From positions 114,330,001 through 114,394,000 of the forward strand of contig NC_086097.1 in assembly GCF_963921235.1 (NCBI RefSeq): DNA of 64,000 bases, read 5' to 3'. A program made the position numbers and the translations under genes. This stretch comes from Mobula hypostoma. Its lineage: Eukaryota. Of the stretch, positions 37,850 through 52,289 are shown one piece after another; positions within the stretch are counted from its first letter, which is position 1, and each line of letters begins with the position of its first letter. The notes under the pieces are model-generated. The model worked only from the letters and a program-made list of their open reading frames with translations, did not search any database and was not told where the DNA came from.

Positions 37850-40800
37850 GCAGTGGGAAACAAACCCAGGAAAAGGTGCTCAGGAAACTGAAAAATCTGA
37901 AGGTAGCTAAGTCACCTGGTCCTGACAGGCTACACTACAGGATTCTGAAAGAGGTAGCTGAAGAGACTATGGAGGCATTAGTAGTGACGTTTCAAGAATC
38001 ACAAGATCCTGGAATGGTTCCTGAGGACTAGAAAATTGCAAATGTCACTCCACCTTTTAGGAAGGGAGGGAGGGAGGCAGAAGAAAAGAAATTATAGGCC
38101 AGTTAGCCTGAGTTCAATGGTAGGAAAGATATTGGACATTATTAAGGTTGAGGTTTCGCAGTACATGGAGACAGATGATAAAATTGGCCACAGTCAGTTC
38201 GATTTACTAAAGGGGAATCTTTCCTGACAAGTCTGCTGGAATTCTTTGAGGAAATAACAGGCAGGATAGACAAAAGAAAGTCGGTGGATGTTGTTTATTT
38301 GGATTTTTAGAAGGTCTTTGAAGAGGTGCCACACATGAGACTTTTTAACAAGATAAGAACCCATGGTATTACAGGAAAGGTACTAGCATGGGTAGACTGG
38401 AAGGAGGCAGTGAGTGGGAACAAAGGGGCCTTTTCTGGTTGGCTGCCAGTGACTAGTAGTGTTCTGCTAAGGTCAGTGTTGCGACCACATCTTTTCACAT
38501 GATATGTCAATGATTTAGATGAAGGAATTGAAGGCTTTGTGGCCAAGTTCATGGACAAAACAAGTATAGGTGGAGGGGCAGGTAGTGTTGAGGAAATATG
38601 GTGACTGCAGAAAGACTTAGATTGGGAAATGGGCAAAGAAGTAGCAGATGAAGTATAGCGTAGGGAAGCACAGGAGCGTGCACCTTGGTAGGAGGATTAA
38701 AGGTGTGGAATATTTTCTAAGTAGGGAGAAAATTCAAAAATCAGAGGTGCAAAGCAACTTAGGAGTTCTTGTGCAGGATTCCCTGAAGGTTAACTTGTGG
38801 GTTGAGTCAGTGGTAAGGAAGGCAAATGCAATGTTAGCATTCTTTTCACGAGGACTAGAATATAAGAACAATGATGTGATGCTGAAGCTTGATAAGGCAT
38901 CCATCAGACCACACTCAGAAGACTATGAGCCATGGTGGGCCCCTATCTAAGAAAAGTTGTGCTGGCATTGGAGAGGGTCTAGAGGAGTGATCCCAGGAAT
39001 TAATTGGTTAACATATGAGGAGCGCTTGATGTCTCTGGGTCTGTACTTGATGGAGGTTAGAAGAATGAGGGAGGATCTAATTGAAAACTATCAAATATTG
39101 AAAGGTCAAGACAGGATGTGGATATGGAGAGGCTGTTTCCTATACTGGGTGAGTCTAGGAATAGAGGGCACAACCTCAGAATTGAGGGACGTCCATTTAG
39201 AACAGATGAGGATAAATTTCTTCAGCTAGAGCAGGGTTTCTCAACTGGGGTTCCATGAGAGGTTGCTAGGGGCTCCACGAGATTGTGATTTTTAAAAAAT
39301 TATTTTTTGAACTTCGCTCGACACGCGATGCTAGCGCTCGCAGTGGTGGATTGTGACTGAGCTGCCCCGTTGTCTGTCTCAGCATGGCAGTACGCAGTAG
39401 AACCACGTTGATTTGGTTGAGTCCATTCTCAGTTTTTGACACGAGATAGAGGACGGCAGGCTGATATTTGGTGAGTGCTGTATTGCGTGGAGGGGAGGAC
39501 GGCAGGCTGATAAGGAGCGTGAAGTGCATACTTTAAGTATTCAATGGACTAGCCTAACTTGGGCTGTGATGTCAGTCTCTCCTTCCTGAATTACTTCCCC
39601 TTACGTTCTGCAGACCAGTTTATGGAAGCAAGCAGATTACCAGTGTAGTAGAAAATTGGAGGGAAATTTTAATTCTGAAGATTGTCCAGTATGACGATTT
39701 TTGAAGAGGAGGTGTAAGATGAAAGAGGAGGATTGTAGACCTAAGCCTACGGACAATTCTGATAAGGGTAATGATGAAGGATTACAATCTTCTGAGTCAT
39801 TTCACTGCACTAGTGCAACAACAGTCACAAAAAAGTCCATTTTTACAATGAAAGCTACTTACCAATGGGTTTTACTTGGACTTGTGATCCAAGTTGTCCT
39901 ATTCCATTGTGCCTAGTCTGTGGCAAACAATTTACAAATGTAGCAATGGCTCCAGCAAAACTGAAAAGACACTTATCCACAAATCACAGTCATATGACAT
40001 GTAAAAGTGCTGATTATTTTAAATGACTATTAGAATCTCAAACCAAACAGATTAAAGTGTTTGAAAATGAGGTCACAGTCAGTAAAAACATTCAAGAAGC
40101 AAGATTTTTAATAGCTTTAAGACCAGTTCCCTAGAGAATGTTTAAAAAAACAGTGTGAAAACCTGGACAAAGAGCACACCAATCTCCTGATGCATACAGA
40201 AATCCAGTGGCTTATCAGAGGAAGAGTTCTCCATAGGGAGTTTGAGCTGAAAGGTGAATTGCAGAAGTAATTTAAGAAAATAGTAAGCCAGATTTTGCTA
40301 AGTGCTTTAAAGTTGAAGAATAGCTGCAGAAACTAGCCTACTTGAAAAAGTCTCCGCAAAGCCCTGGAGAAAATGTTTTGACTTTAAGTGACAAGATTCT
40401 TGGATTTAAAAGGAAACTGAATCTTTGGAAAAATCATGTTGTGAAAGGAAATCTTGAAATGTTTCTGCTGCTGCTTGGGCTTGAGAGTGAGGAAGGATAT
40501 CAGAAAGTCGCAAGTCTTATTGAAAGCCACCTGGAAGAACTGCAGAACAAAATTGAACAGTGATTTTCCTCCCTTTCAACATGAGTGTATGACTAGATGA
40601 GGGACCCTTTCTCTGAATCTTCTGCTCAGCCTGAGAACTTGACTTTGAAAGAAGAGGAAGAACTTTGTGAGATGCACTCTGATCGTGCACTAAAGATGAG
40701 ATTTACTGACCCGCCTCTGGACGAGTTCTGGATCTCTGTGAAAGAAGAATTTCCTACCATTTATAGGAAAGCAATGGACCTTTTGCTGCAGTTTTCAACT

Positions 40801-41392
40801 TCTCACATGTGTGAGCAAGCTTTTTCTTGTTTAACAAGCACCAAGAGCAAGGATCATTTCAGTTGAAGGTGAAATCCATGTGTGCTTATCTCGTTCGATC
40901 CAGAATTCAGAAATTTATTATGTTTGCTTTATGAGTTTTTTAAATTTATGAAAGGGAAAGAAGGAGATTAATTTTGAGAAAGGTTGGATGAAAATTCATT
41001 CTCTACTTGAAAGAGCATTGACAATTATGTTTGGATTATTATATCTACAAGTTACTGATCACGTTAATGTACCATGAGCTGTAGATATAATAATTTTTAT
41101 GCAGGGGTTCCCTGAGACCTGAAAATTATTTCAAGGCTTCCTTCAGGGCAAAAAGGTTGAGAAAGGGTGAGCTCAAGGTGCTGAATCAATGGAATTCTTT
41201 GCCACAGATGGCTGTGCAGGCTATGGGTATATTTAAGGCTGAGGTTGTAAGATTCTTAATTAATCAGGGTGTCAAAGGTTACAGGGAGAAGGGAGAAGAA
41301 TGGGGTTGAAAGTGATCATAAATCAACCATGATGGAATGGCAGAGCAGCCTTGATGGGCTGAATAGCCTAATTCTGCTTCCGTGTTTTATAT
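37850..41392 (+). mobile_element. CR1 LINE (RT to 3' end), split by a hAT transposon
   Basis: KSPGPD, NYRPVSL and YLDF.K motifs at 37850-39231. 3' end resumes at 41170-41392 (CCTAATTCTGCTTCC). Confidence 0.85.
39232..41169 (+). mobile_element. hAT (Charlie/Buster-like) DNA transposon with internally deleted transposase
   Basis: Imperfect TIRs CAGGGTTTCTCAAC / GTTGAGAAAGGGTG. Near-identical 8-bp flanks AGCTAGAG / AGCTCAAG. Motifs CLVCGK...MAPAKLKRHL, HTEIQWL.RGRVL and FSTSHMCEQAFS. Confidence 0.88.
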
Positions 41393-41634
41393 CATTTTCT
41401 TTTTCACCAATGCTCTTATGCAAATTTGTTGTATTATTGTAGAATGTGTCATTGCACAGCTAGTATGTTGCAGGTAACTTGAAGTGACCTGTAACATGCC
41501 ATTAATAGTCATAGAGTCATGGAGTACCTCAACACAGAAACAGATCCTTTGTCCCATCGAGTCCATGTGCTAAATGATTATTGGTGAACAAGAAGGAGGG
41601 TAAAGTGCCCTCAGGAATGGTTATTGTTTCAATA

Positions 41635-42690
41635 GAATCCAAATCAGGTTTAATATCACCAGCGTTTGTCGTGAACTTTGTTATTTTTGTGGTAGCAGTA
41701 CAATGCAATACATAATAATAGAGAAAAAACATGAATTACAGTAAGTATATATGTATTGAAACACCCTGGTATCCTTGGCTGCATAAGTCCAGGGTAGACA
41801 CTCTCAAGTCCCACCAAACTTGTGAAATTGAGACAGCTCGTTCCACCCCAAACCCCAGTTTGTGTGGATGCTGTGTCATTTGCTACCCTGTTACAAATTA
41901 GTGCCACGAAATAACAGACAGTACACTGCATACGATTAAAGGAATTATATTTATGAATCTTAACTGAATGGTTAGTAAAGAATAACAAAAAGAAAAGGGC
42001 CCATTCTCATTAAACAGTCAAACGTGCGCAATTTGGAGCTCACCTTGAACTTCTCTGTCACTCACACACTGGGCCCTTGGTCAACGTGAAAACACACACC
42101 ACCTTCTGAACGTCGCTCGCAATCCATCTTGAACAGACGGGTCTCCCACCAGATCAGATGCTACCACCGGTTCTCCCCAGCGTCTTCTCTCTTCATCTCC
42201 ACTCAGACAAAAGCCCAAGACCAACCTTATTGTCCCTCACCAAGAAAACCTCCCGCTGATTGGATGGCCCACATTCCACATCATCCCTTATCTTCAACAA
42301 TAACCCAAACAGGCTGCAGCAGAACAGACTGCTCTTACAGAGCTGCTAAATGAAATACCTACAGCACAACAGTAAAGATGTGAACCAGAGCATTACATAT
42401 CAAATAGATAAAGTAATGCAAAAAAAAAATTAGCGAGGTAGTGTTCATGGGTTCAATGCCCATTCAGAAATCCGATGGCAGAGGGGAAGAAGCTGTTCCT
42501 GAATCACTGAGTGTGTTCCTTCAGACTCCTGATGGTAGCAATGAGAAGAAGGCTTGACCTGGGTGATGGGGGTCCTCAATGATGAGTGTCTCCTTTTTGA
42601 GGAATTGATCCTCGAAGATGTCCAGCATACAACAGAGGCTAGTGCCCATGATGGAGCTGAGTTTACAACTTTCTGCAGCTTATTTTGATC
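41635..42690 (-). mobile_element. Rex1-like 3' fragment interrupted by a solo LTR at 41757-42397
   Basis: Rex tail TAAACCTGATTTGGATTC and KLQKVVNSA fragment. The insert reads TGTAATGCTCTGGTT...GTTTCA on the minus strand, same family as 36876. Confidence 0.75.
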
Positions 42691-44145
42691 CAATTATTAT
42701 CAGAAAGAATAAACATTGGCAACAGACTAAAACGTTATCAAAATATTTCCTGGTTTCCCCCTTTTAAGCTTCAAAGCTAAGATAAAGACAAGTATCAACT
42801 TTGCACAGAAAATCTGCTTTTATTTAAAGTGCAAAGTGATTAGCCTCGTCCGCAGCAGTGAAACCCCATGAATAGAAGATGCAGAACATATGACAGGGTA
42901 CTTGGCCCTGTAAATGAAAAGATACATTACAGTGAATGTCTTCATCTCAAATAGGCCTTTTAAATGGATAGGACAGAATAAAATGGTGCTTTTCCCATCA
43001 ATATCTGACTCTTTATGTGATCAATTTCCATTCATCCCAAGGAAGCTGTTATCCATTTTATCATGAACCTCTTTATTCATTCCTACTTATTCCCCGCTCC
43101 CAACACCACCCCAACTGAATGTGAAAATTAATATTACTCTCTGAACCACCAATAATGTTGAGACCATTACCGCATTTGTATTTGCAGCATGTTGCAAGGC
43201 AGCTCAGAAAATGTTAGGGCTGATTTTGAATCAGACTGAACAGATCTAACAGTTTTATTTAAAATAAGCAGTCCCAATGGCCCAAAACATTGACTGTTTA
43301 TTCTTCTCCATAGATACTGCCTGACCTGCTGAATTCCTCCAGCATCTTGTATGAGTTTTAAAAAGAGAAACTGTATTTAGTCCCTATAGAAAGGATAAAT
43401 CACTGAAGATACAAATGATGTTGTCGTGTGCCAGCACTCTCCATCCACACAATGAAAGAGACAGATTATGAAAAGGGAGAATCAAAGATATACATGGACT
43501 TCGTATCTTATATCACCAGGTCTTTAATTGTTAAAGGCTGGAGTCACAGGAAAAAATCTGTGCTCATTTCCCACTGATCCACAATTCTGCAGTGATAGAA
43601 GACAGGAACTTACTTTAAATACTGAAATATGGCTAGGGGTCTTCTGCAAGAAATCTACCAATGTTTTTGCATAACTCAGTGTGAGCAATGTTTACTGAAG
43701 AAGAATCATTGGTTATTCTAGTGTAGTAAGTAACCAAGAGGATAAGAATATTCCTATTGTTGTCATTCCATCTCTACTACTTCACTCCCAAAAGGAATAA
43801 CACAATTGAGTTCCAGTAATGATGACCAATCAGCTAATTGACAAGTGTGTGAAGGCCCAGCATCCAGAGGGTACACCACAAGTGAACAGCATGTCTCCTT
43901 CTATGGTGACAAAATGTTTGCAAATGGATTGCCAAGATCGGGGAACAACTCAACTCAACTATCAACCACCTGAACTAAACATTTTCTGAGGAATAACATA
44001 TTTTGGATGAAGAAAGGGAGAAATGGAAGAATAATCAAGTGGGTTTCAGTTTTGCCAGAGAAGGTGCATGCCTACCTGATGGTGAGTGCATGACTGAATC
44101 TTCACTGAGGAGTACGTACCGTTAGAAGATTACATCATGCAACAT

Positions 44146-44390
44146 TCTTTATCCAGAGGGTGGTGAATCTGTGGAACTCATTGCCACAGATGGTTGTGGA
44201 GGTCAGGTCATCGGGTATATTTAAAGTAGAGGTTGATGGGTTCTTGATTAGAAAGGATGTCAAAGGTTATGGGGAGAAGGCAGGAGAATGGGGTTGAGAG
44301 GGATAGTAAATCTGTCCTGATGGAATGAGGGAGCAGACTCAATGGACTGAATGGCCTATTTACACTGCTAAGTCTTATGGTCTTATATCT
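44146..44390 (+). mobile_element. CR1 3' end fragment
   Basis: GTGGTGAATCTGTGGAA...GGAGAAGGCAGGAGAATGGGGTTGAG...TCTTATGGTCTT. Confidence 0.8.
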
Positions 44391-44759
44391 TTCTCTCAAC
44401 TCAGTTTGTGAATGCAGACTCAAGGATACAAATTTGAAATAAGGTTTGATTAAGTCTGAAATCTATCTTGGAAGTATCCCAATCATGTCCTTAGTGGGAT
44501 TACAAAGAGGGTAACATTGGCAGAGTGGATAACTCCTATTAGCTCTCTCTCAAACCAACGTACAAAAATCTTGTACAAAGTGAAGAGTATAAGAAAATAA
44601 ATATACCTTTTACATTTACTACTAAAGAAATTCATATTCTTTAAGTTCAATACAGCGTTCTGCATAGAATAGACTGTGTCATGCTATAGAGCACTGCAAG
44701 CAGGCATCTAGAAATAATAAGTCAGCTTGACCTTACAATGTCTAACTGAAACAGGACAG

Positions 44760-47700
44760 AAATAGAAACATAAAAAACCTACAGCACAATACAGGCCCTT
44801 TGGCCCACGAAGCTGTGCCGAACATGTCCTTACCTTAGAAATTATCTAGGGTTAGCCATAGCCCTCTATTTTTCTAAGCTCCATGTACCTATCCAGGAGT
44901 CTCTTAAAAGACCCTATCGTTTCCACCTCCATCACTGCCGCCAGCAGCCCATTCCATGCACTAAGCGCTCTCTGCGTAAAAAACCTTACCCCTGACATCT
45001 CCTCCGTACCTACTTCCAAGCACCTTAAAACTGTGCCCTCTCATGCCAGCCATTTAAGCCCTGGGAAAAAGCCTCTGCCTGTCCACACAATCAATGCCTC
45101 TCATCATCTTGTATACCTCTATCAGGTCACCTCTCATCTTCCATTGCTCCAAGGAGAAAAGGCCGAGTTCACTCAACCTATTCTCATAAGGCGTGCTCCC
45201 CAATCCAGGCAACATCCTTGTAAATCTCCACTGCACCCTTTCTGTGGTTTCCATGTCCTTCCTGTAGTGAGTCACCAAAACTGAGCGCAAGAGGGGTCTC
45301 ACCAAGATCCTATATAGCTGCAATGTTACCTCTCAGCTCCTAAACTCAATCCCACGATCGATGAAGGCCAATACACTGTATGCCTTCTTAACCACAGAGT
45401 CAACCTGTGCAGCAGCTTTGAGTGTCCTATGGACTTGGACCCCAAGATCCCTCTGATCCTCCACACTGCCAAGAGTCTTACCATTAATACTATATTCTGC
45501 CATCACATTTGACTTTGACCTACTAAAATGAACCACCTCACACTTATCCGGGTTGAACTCCATCTGCCACTTCTCAGCCCAGTTTTGCATCCTATCAATG
45601 TCCCGCTGTCACCTCTGACTGCCATCCACACCATCCACAACACCCCCAACCTTTGTGTTTTCAGCAAACTTACTAACCCATCCCTCCACTTCCTCATCCA
45701 GGTCGTTTATAAAATTCACAAAGAGTAGGGGTCCCAGAACAAATCCCTGAGACACACCACTGGTCACCGACCTCCATGCAGAATATGACCTGTCTACAAC
45801 CACTCTTTCCTTTCTGTGGGCAAGCCATTTCTGGATCCACAAAGCAATGTCCCCTTGGATCCCATGCCTCCTTACTTTCTCAATAAGCCTTGCATGGGGT
45901 ACCTTGTCAAATAGCTTACTGATATCCATATACACTAAATCTACGGCTCTACCTTCATTAACGTGTTTAGTCACATCCTCAAAAAATTCAATCAGGCCCG
46001 TAAGGCATAACCTGCCTTTGACAAAGCCATGCTGACTATTCCTAATGATATTATGCCTCTCCAAATATTCATAAATCCTGCCTCTCAGGATCTTCTCCAT
46101 CAACTTACCAACCACTGAAGTAAGACTCACTGGTCTATAATTTCCTGGGTTATTTCTACTCCCTTTCTTGAATAATGGAACAACATCTGCAACCCTCCAA
46201 TCCTCTGGAACTTCTCCTGTCCCCATTGATGATGCAAAAATCATCGCCAGAGGCTCAGTAATCTTCTCCCTCACTTCCTACAGTAGCCTGGGGTACATCC
46301 TGTCTGGTTCCGGTGACTTATCCAACTTGATGCTTTCCAAAAACTCCAGCACATCCTCTTCCTTACATGCTGAAGCTTTTCAGTCTGCTGTAAATCATCC
46401 CTACAATCACCAAGATCCTTTACTGTAGTGAATACTGAAGCAAAGTATCCATTAAGTACCTCTGCTATCTCCTCCAGTTCCATGCACACTTTTCGACTGT
46501 CACACTTGATTGGTTCTATTCTTTCACGTCTTATCCTCTTGCTCTTCACATACGTGTAGAATGCTTTGGAGTTCTCCTTAATCCTTCCCACCAAGGCCTT
46601 CTCATGGCCCTTTCTGGCTCTCCTAATTTCCTTCTTAACCTCCTTCCTGTTAGCCTTATAATCTTCTAGATCTCTAACATTATCTCGCTCTCTGAACCTT
46701 TGGTAAGCTTTTCTTTTCTTCTTGACTACATTTACCAAGCCTTTGTACACCACAGTTCCTGTACCCCACCATAACTTCCCTGTCTCATTGGAACATACCT
46801 ATGCAGAACTCCACACAAATATCCCCTGAACATTTGCCACATTTCTTCTGTACTTTTCCCTAATAACATCTGTTTCCAACTTATGCTTCCAAGTTCCTGC
46901 CTGATAGCCTCATATTTCCCTTTACTCCAATTAAATGTTTCCCTAACTTGTCTGTTCCTATCCCTCTCCAATGCTATGGTAAAGGAGAAAATTGTGATCA
47001 CTATCTCCAAAATGCTCTCCCACTGAGAGATCTGACACCTGACCAGGTTCATTTCCCAATATCAAATCAAGTACAGTCTCTCCTTTTGTAGGCTTATCCA
47101 CATACTGTGTCAAGAAACCTTCCTGAACACACCTAACAAATTCCATCCCATCTAAACCCCTCACTCTAGGGAGATGCCAATCAATATTTGGGAAATTAAA
47201 ATCTTCCACCACAACAGCCCTGTTATTATTACACCTTTCCAGAATCTGTCTCCCTATCTGCTCCTCGATATCCCTGTTACTATTGGGTGGTCTATTAAAA
47301 AACACCCAGTAGAGTTATTGACCCCTTCCTATTCCTAACTTCCACCCACAGAGACTCCGTAGATAACCCTTCCATGACTTCCTCCTTTTCTGCAGCCGTA
47401 ACACTATCTCTGATCAACAGTGCCACACCCCCACCTCTTTTGCCTCCATCCCTGTCCTTTCTGAAACATCTAAAGCCTGGCCCTTGAAGTAGCCATTCCT
47501 GCCCCTGCACCATCCAAGTCTCTGTAATGGCCACAACATCATAGTTCCAAGTGCTGATCCACGCTCTAAGCTCATCCGCTTTGTTCATAATTCTCCTTGC
47601 ATTAAAATAGACACATCTCAAACCACTGGTCTGAGCACATCCCTTCTCTATCACCTGCCTATCCTCCCCCTCGCACTGTCTCCAAGTTTTCTCTATTTGT

Positions 47701-47800
47701 GAGCCAACCGCCCATTCCTCCGTCACTTCAGTTCGGTTCCCACCCCCCAGCAATTCTAGTTTAAGCTCTTCCCAATAGCCTTTGCAAACCTCCCCTGCAA
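44760..47800 (-). mobile_element. CR1 LINE, near-complete ORF2 (APE endonuclease + RT), frameshifted
   Basis: YFNARRI, DVVAITETW, DFNFPNIDW, GDSDH, NYRPVSLTS and SQGFVLGP motifs. (TTTCTA)-type tail at 44760. Confidence 0.93.
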
Positions 47801-47889
47801 GATTACATGGGGAAGAAATCTGCAGGGAAATCATGCAGCAATTGGGGTTTCAGGTTGATTCAATATTAACTCAAACTCTTTCTTTACAG

Positions 47890-50800
47890 TCATAGAACAT
47901 AGAACAGTACAGCACAGTACAGGCTCTTCTGCCACAATGTTGTGCCGACCCTCAAACCCTGCCTCCCATATAACCCCCCACCTTAAATTCCTCCATATAC
48001 CTGTCTAGTAGTCGCTTAAATTTCACTAGTGTATTTGTCTCCACTACTGACTCAGACAGTGCATTCCATGCACCAACCACTCTTTGAGTAAAAAACCTTC
48101 CGCTAATATCCCCCTTGAACTTCCCACCCCTTACCTTAAAGCCATGTCCTCTTGTATTGAGCAGTGGTGCCCTGGGGAAGAGGTGCTGGCTGTCCACTCT
48201 ATCTATTCCTCTTATTATCTTGTATACCTCTATCATGTCTCCTCTCATCCTCCTCCTCTCCAGAGAGTAAAGCCCTAGCTCCCTTAATCTCTGATCATAA
48301 TGCATACCCTCTAAACCAGGCAGTATCCTGGTAAATCTCCTCTGTACCCTTTCCAATGCTTCCACATCCTTCCTATAGTGAGGTGAACAGAACTGGACAC
48401 AGTACTCCAAGTGTGGCCTAACCAGAGTTTTATAGAGTTGTATCATTACCCCGTGACTCTTAAACTCTCTCCCCCAACTTATGAAAGCTAACACTCCATA
48501 AGCTTTCTAAACTACCCTATCCACCTGTGAGGCAACTTTCAGGGATCTGTGGACATGTACCCCCAGATCCCTCTGCTCCTCCACACTTCCAAGTATCCTG
48601 CCATTTACTTTGTACTCTGCCTTGGAGTTTGTCCTTCCAAAGTGTACCACCTCACACTTCTCCAGGTTGAACTCCATCTGCCACTTCTCAGCCCACTTCT
48701 TCATCTTATCAATGTCTCTATGCAATCTTTGACAATCCTCTACACTATCTACAACACCACCAACCTTTGTGTCATCTGCAAACTTGCCAACCCACCCTTC
48801 TACCCCCACATCCAGGTCGTTAATAAAAATCACGAAAAGTAGAGGTCCCAGAACTGATCCTTGTGGGACACCATTAGTCACAACCCTCCAATCCAAAGGT
48901 ACTCCCTCCACCACGACCCTCTGCCTTCTGCAGGCAAGCCAGTTCTGAATCCACCTGGCCAAACTTCCCTGGATCCCATGCCTTCTGACTTTCTGAATAA
49001 GCTTACCGTGTGGAAAACTGTCAAATGCCTTACTAAAATCCATGTAGATCACATCCGCTGCACTACCCTCATCTATATGCCTGGTCACCTCCTCAAAGAA
49101 CTCTATCAGGCTTGTTAGACACGATCTGCCCTTCACATAGCCATGCTGACTGTCCCTGATGAGACCATGATTCTCTAAATGCCCATAGATCCTATCTCTA
49201 AGAATCTTTTCCAACAGCTTTCCCACCACAGAAGTAAAGCTCACTGGTCTATAATTACCAAGACTATCCCTACTACCTTTTTTGAACAAGGGCACAACAT
49301 TCGCCTCTCTCCAATCCTCCGGTACCATTCCCGTGGACAATGAGGACATAAAGATCCTAGCCAGAGGCTCAGCAATCTCTTTCCTCACCTCGTGGAGCAG
49401 CCTGGGGAATATTCCGTCAAGCCCCAGGGACTTATCCGTCCTAATGTATTTTAACAACTCCAACACCTCCTTTCCCTTCATATCAACATGCTCCAGAACA
49501 TCAGCCTCACTCATATTGTCCTCACCATCATCAAGTTCCCTCTCATTGGTTAATACCAAAGAGAAGTATTCATTGAGGACCTTGTGCTTTTCCACAGCCT
49601 TCAGGCACATCTTCCCATCTTTTTCACTAATTGGTCCTATCTTCACTCCTGTCATCCTTTTGTTCTTCACATAATTGAAGAATGCCTTGGGGTTTTCCTT
49701 TACCCTACTCGCCAAGGCCTTCTCATGCCCCCTTCTTGCTCTCCTCAGCCTCTTCTTAAGCTCCTTTCTTGCTATCCTATATTCTTCAATAGACCCATCT
49801 GATCCTTACTTCCTAAACCTTATGTATGCTGCCTTCATCCACCTGACTAGATTTTCCACCTCACTTGTCACCCATGGTTCCTTCACCCTGCCATTCTTTA
49901 TCTTCCTCACCAGGACAATTTATCCCTAACATCCTGCAAGAGATCCCTAAACATCCACCACATGTCCATAGTACATTTCCCTGCAAAAACATCATCCCAA
50001 TTCACACCCACAAGTTCGAGCCTTATAGCCTCATAATTTGCCCTTCCCCGATTAAAAATTTTCCTGTCCTCTCTGATTCTATCCTTTTCCATGATAATGT
50101 TAAAGGCCAGGGAGCTGTGGTCACTGTCCCCCAGATGCTCACCCACTGAGAGATCTGTGACCTGACCCGGTTCATTACCTAATACTAGATCTAGTATGGC
50201 ATTCCCCCAGTCGGCCTGTCCACATACTGTGACAGGAATCCGTCCTGGACACACTTAACAAATTCTGCCCCATCTAAACCATTAGAACTAATCAGGTGCC
50301 AATTAATATTAGGGAAGTTAAAGTCACCCATGATAACAACCCTGTTATTTTTACACCTTTCCAAAGCCTGCCTCCCAATCTGCTCCTCCGTATCTCTGCT
50401 GCTACTAGGGGGCCGAAAGAATATTCCCAATAGAGTAATTGCTGACGTTTACCCATACTGACTCAAAAGAGGATCCTGCTACATTACCCTCCCTTTCTGT
50501 AGCTGTAATAGTATCCCTGACCAGTAATACTAGCCCCCCTCCCCTTTTCCCCCGTCTCTATCCCTTTTAGAGCACCGAAATCCAGGAATATTGAGAATCC
50601 ATTCCTGCCCTGGTGCCAGCCAAGTCTCTGTAATGGCCACTACATCATAATTCCATGTATGTATCTAAGCTCTCAGTTCATCACCGTTGTTCCTGATGCT
50701 TCTTGCATTGAAGTACACACACTTTAGCCCTTCTACCTTACTACCTATACACCCTTTATTCTGTTTCTCTTTCCTCAAAGCCTCTGTATATGTTAGATCT

Positions 50801-52090
50801 GGCTTTACTCCATGCACTATACTTGCAGTTCTCGCATGACCTTTATCCTTCTCCACCTCACTATCTGCTCCAACACTCTGGTTCCCCTCCCCCTGCAAAT
50901 CTAGTTTAGACTCTCCGGAGCAGCACTAGCAAACCTTCCCTCAAGGATGTGAGTCCCCCTCTGGTTCAGGTGCCACCTGTCCTGTCGGAACAGGTCCCAC
51001 CTTCCCTGGAACAAGGCCCAATTGTCCATAAACATGAAGCCCTCCCCCCTGCACCAACTCATTAGCCACGTATTTAGCTGCATTATCTTCCTATTTGTAG
51101 CCTCACTAGCATGTGGCACGGGTAGCAATCCTGAGACTGCAAACCGGGATGTCCTGTCCTTCAACTTTGCACCTAACTCCCTAAATTCTCTTTGCAGATC
51201 CTCCTCCTTCTTTCTATCCATGTCATTGGTCTCTACATGGACCACAACATCTGGCTGCTCACCCTCCCTCTTGAGAATACTGAGAACTCGGTCTGAGATA
51301 TCGCGGACCCTGGCACCAGGGAAGCAACAGACCACCCAGGATTCTCGATCTCTTCCACTGAACCTCTTATCTATCCCCCTAACTATTGAATCCTCTATCA
51401 CTACTGCTCTTTTTTCCCTCCTTCCCTTCTGAGCTGAGGGTCCAGTCTCGGTGCCAGAGACGTGACCACTGCAACTTGTCCCTGGTAGGTCATCACCATC
51501 AACAGTATCCAAAACGGTATACTTATTGATGGGAACGGCCACAGGGGTGCTCTGCTCATTCTGTCTATTCCCCTTCCCTCTCCTGACAGTCGCCCAGCTA
51601 CCTGCCTCCTGACTTTTAGGGGTGACTATCTCCCTGAAACTCCTATTTATTTCTGCCTCTACCTCACGAATGATCCAAAGTTCATCCAGCTCTAGTTCCA
51701 GTTCCCTAACGTTGTTTGTCAGGAGCTGCAGCTGGGTGCACCTTTTACAGGTGTAGTCATTAGGGACAATTATGCTGTCTCTGACTTCCCACATACTGCA
51801 AATGGAGCACTCGACTGCCCTAACTGTGCCTCCATTACCTACTCCTAAGTTAATTAGATTAATTAAAAGAACTTACCCAGCCTTACCTCACTGGGAGCAA
51901 ACTGGTCCTTAGCATCTGCTCGCCGCAGCCTCTCGAGCCAAAGCCTTCCTACTCTGTCTCCCTCTACTCCGTCGCCCGCTCCTAAGACGCCCACTCCATT
52001 AATCTGCTCGCTTTTAAAACTCTCCCGCTGTCTAACGGGCCGACTTTCACGCGCTTGTGCAGTCATGCCCCGTTCAAACTACCGAAGAAA
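47890..52090 (-). mobile_element. Full-length CR1 LINE with SGNH-esterase ORF1 and ORF2
   Basis: ORF1 50901-51794 has C..C.MW...YTCKRC, a coiled coil, VIEDSIVR, VVVHVETND and QDRWHLN. ORF2 fragments 50898 to 47952 have GVPQGSVLGP and KFADDTK. (TTCTATG)n tail. Confidence 0.93.
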
Positions 52091-52289
52091 TGACCACTAC
52101 AGTACAGAACCAGGTCCTTCGGCCCATCTAGTCTGTGCCGAACTATTAATCTGCCAAGTCCCATTGACTTGCACCTGGACCATAACCCACCACACTCCTC
52201 CTATCCATGCACCTATCCACATTTCTGTTAAATGTTGAAATTATTATGGCCCATTCAGAAACACCAGTTTCATGTTTTTTTGACTTGTG

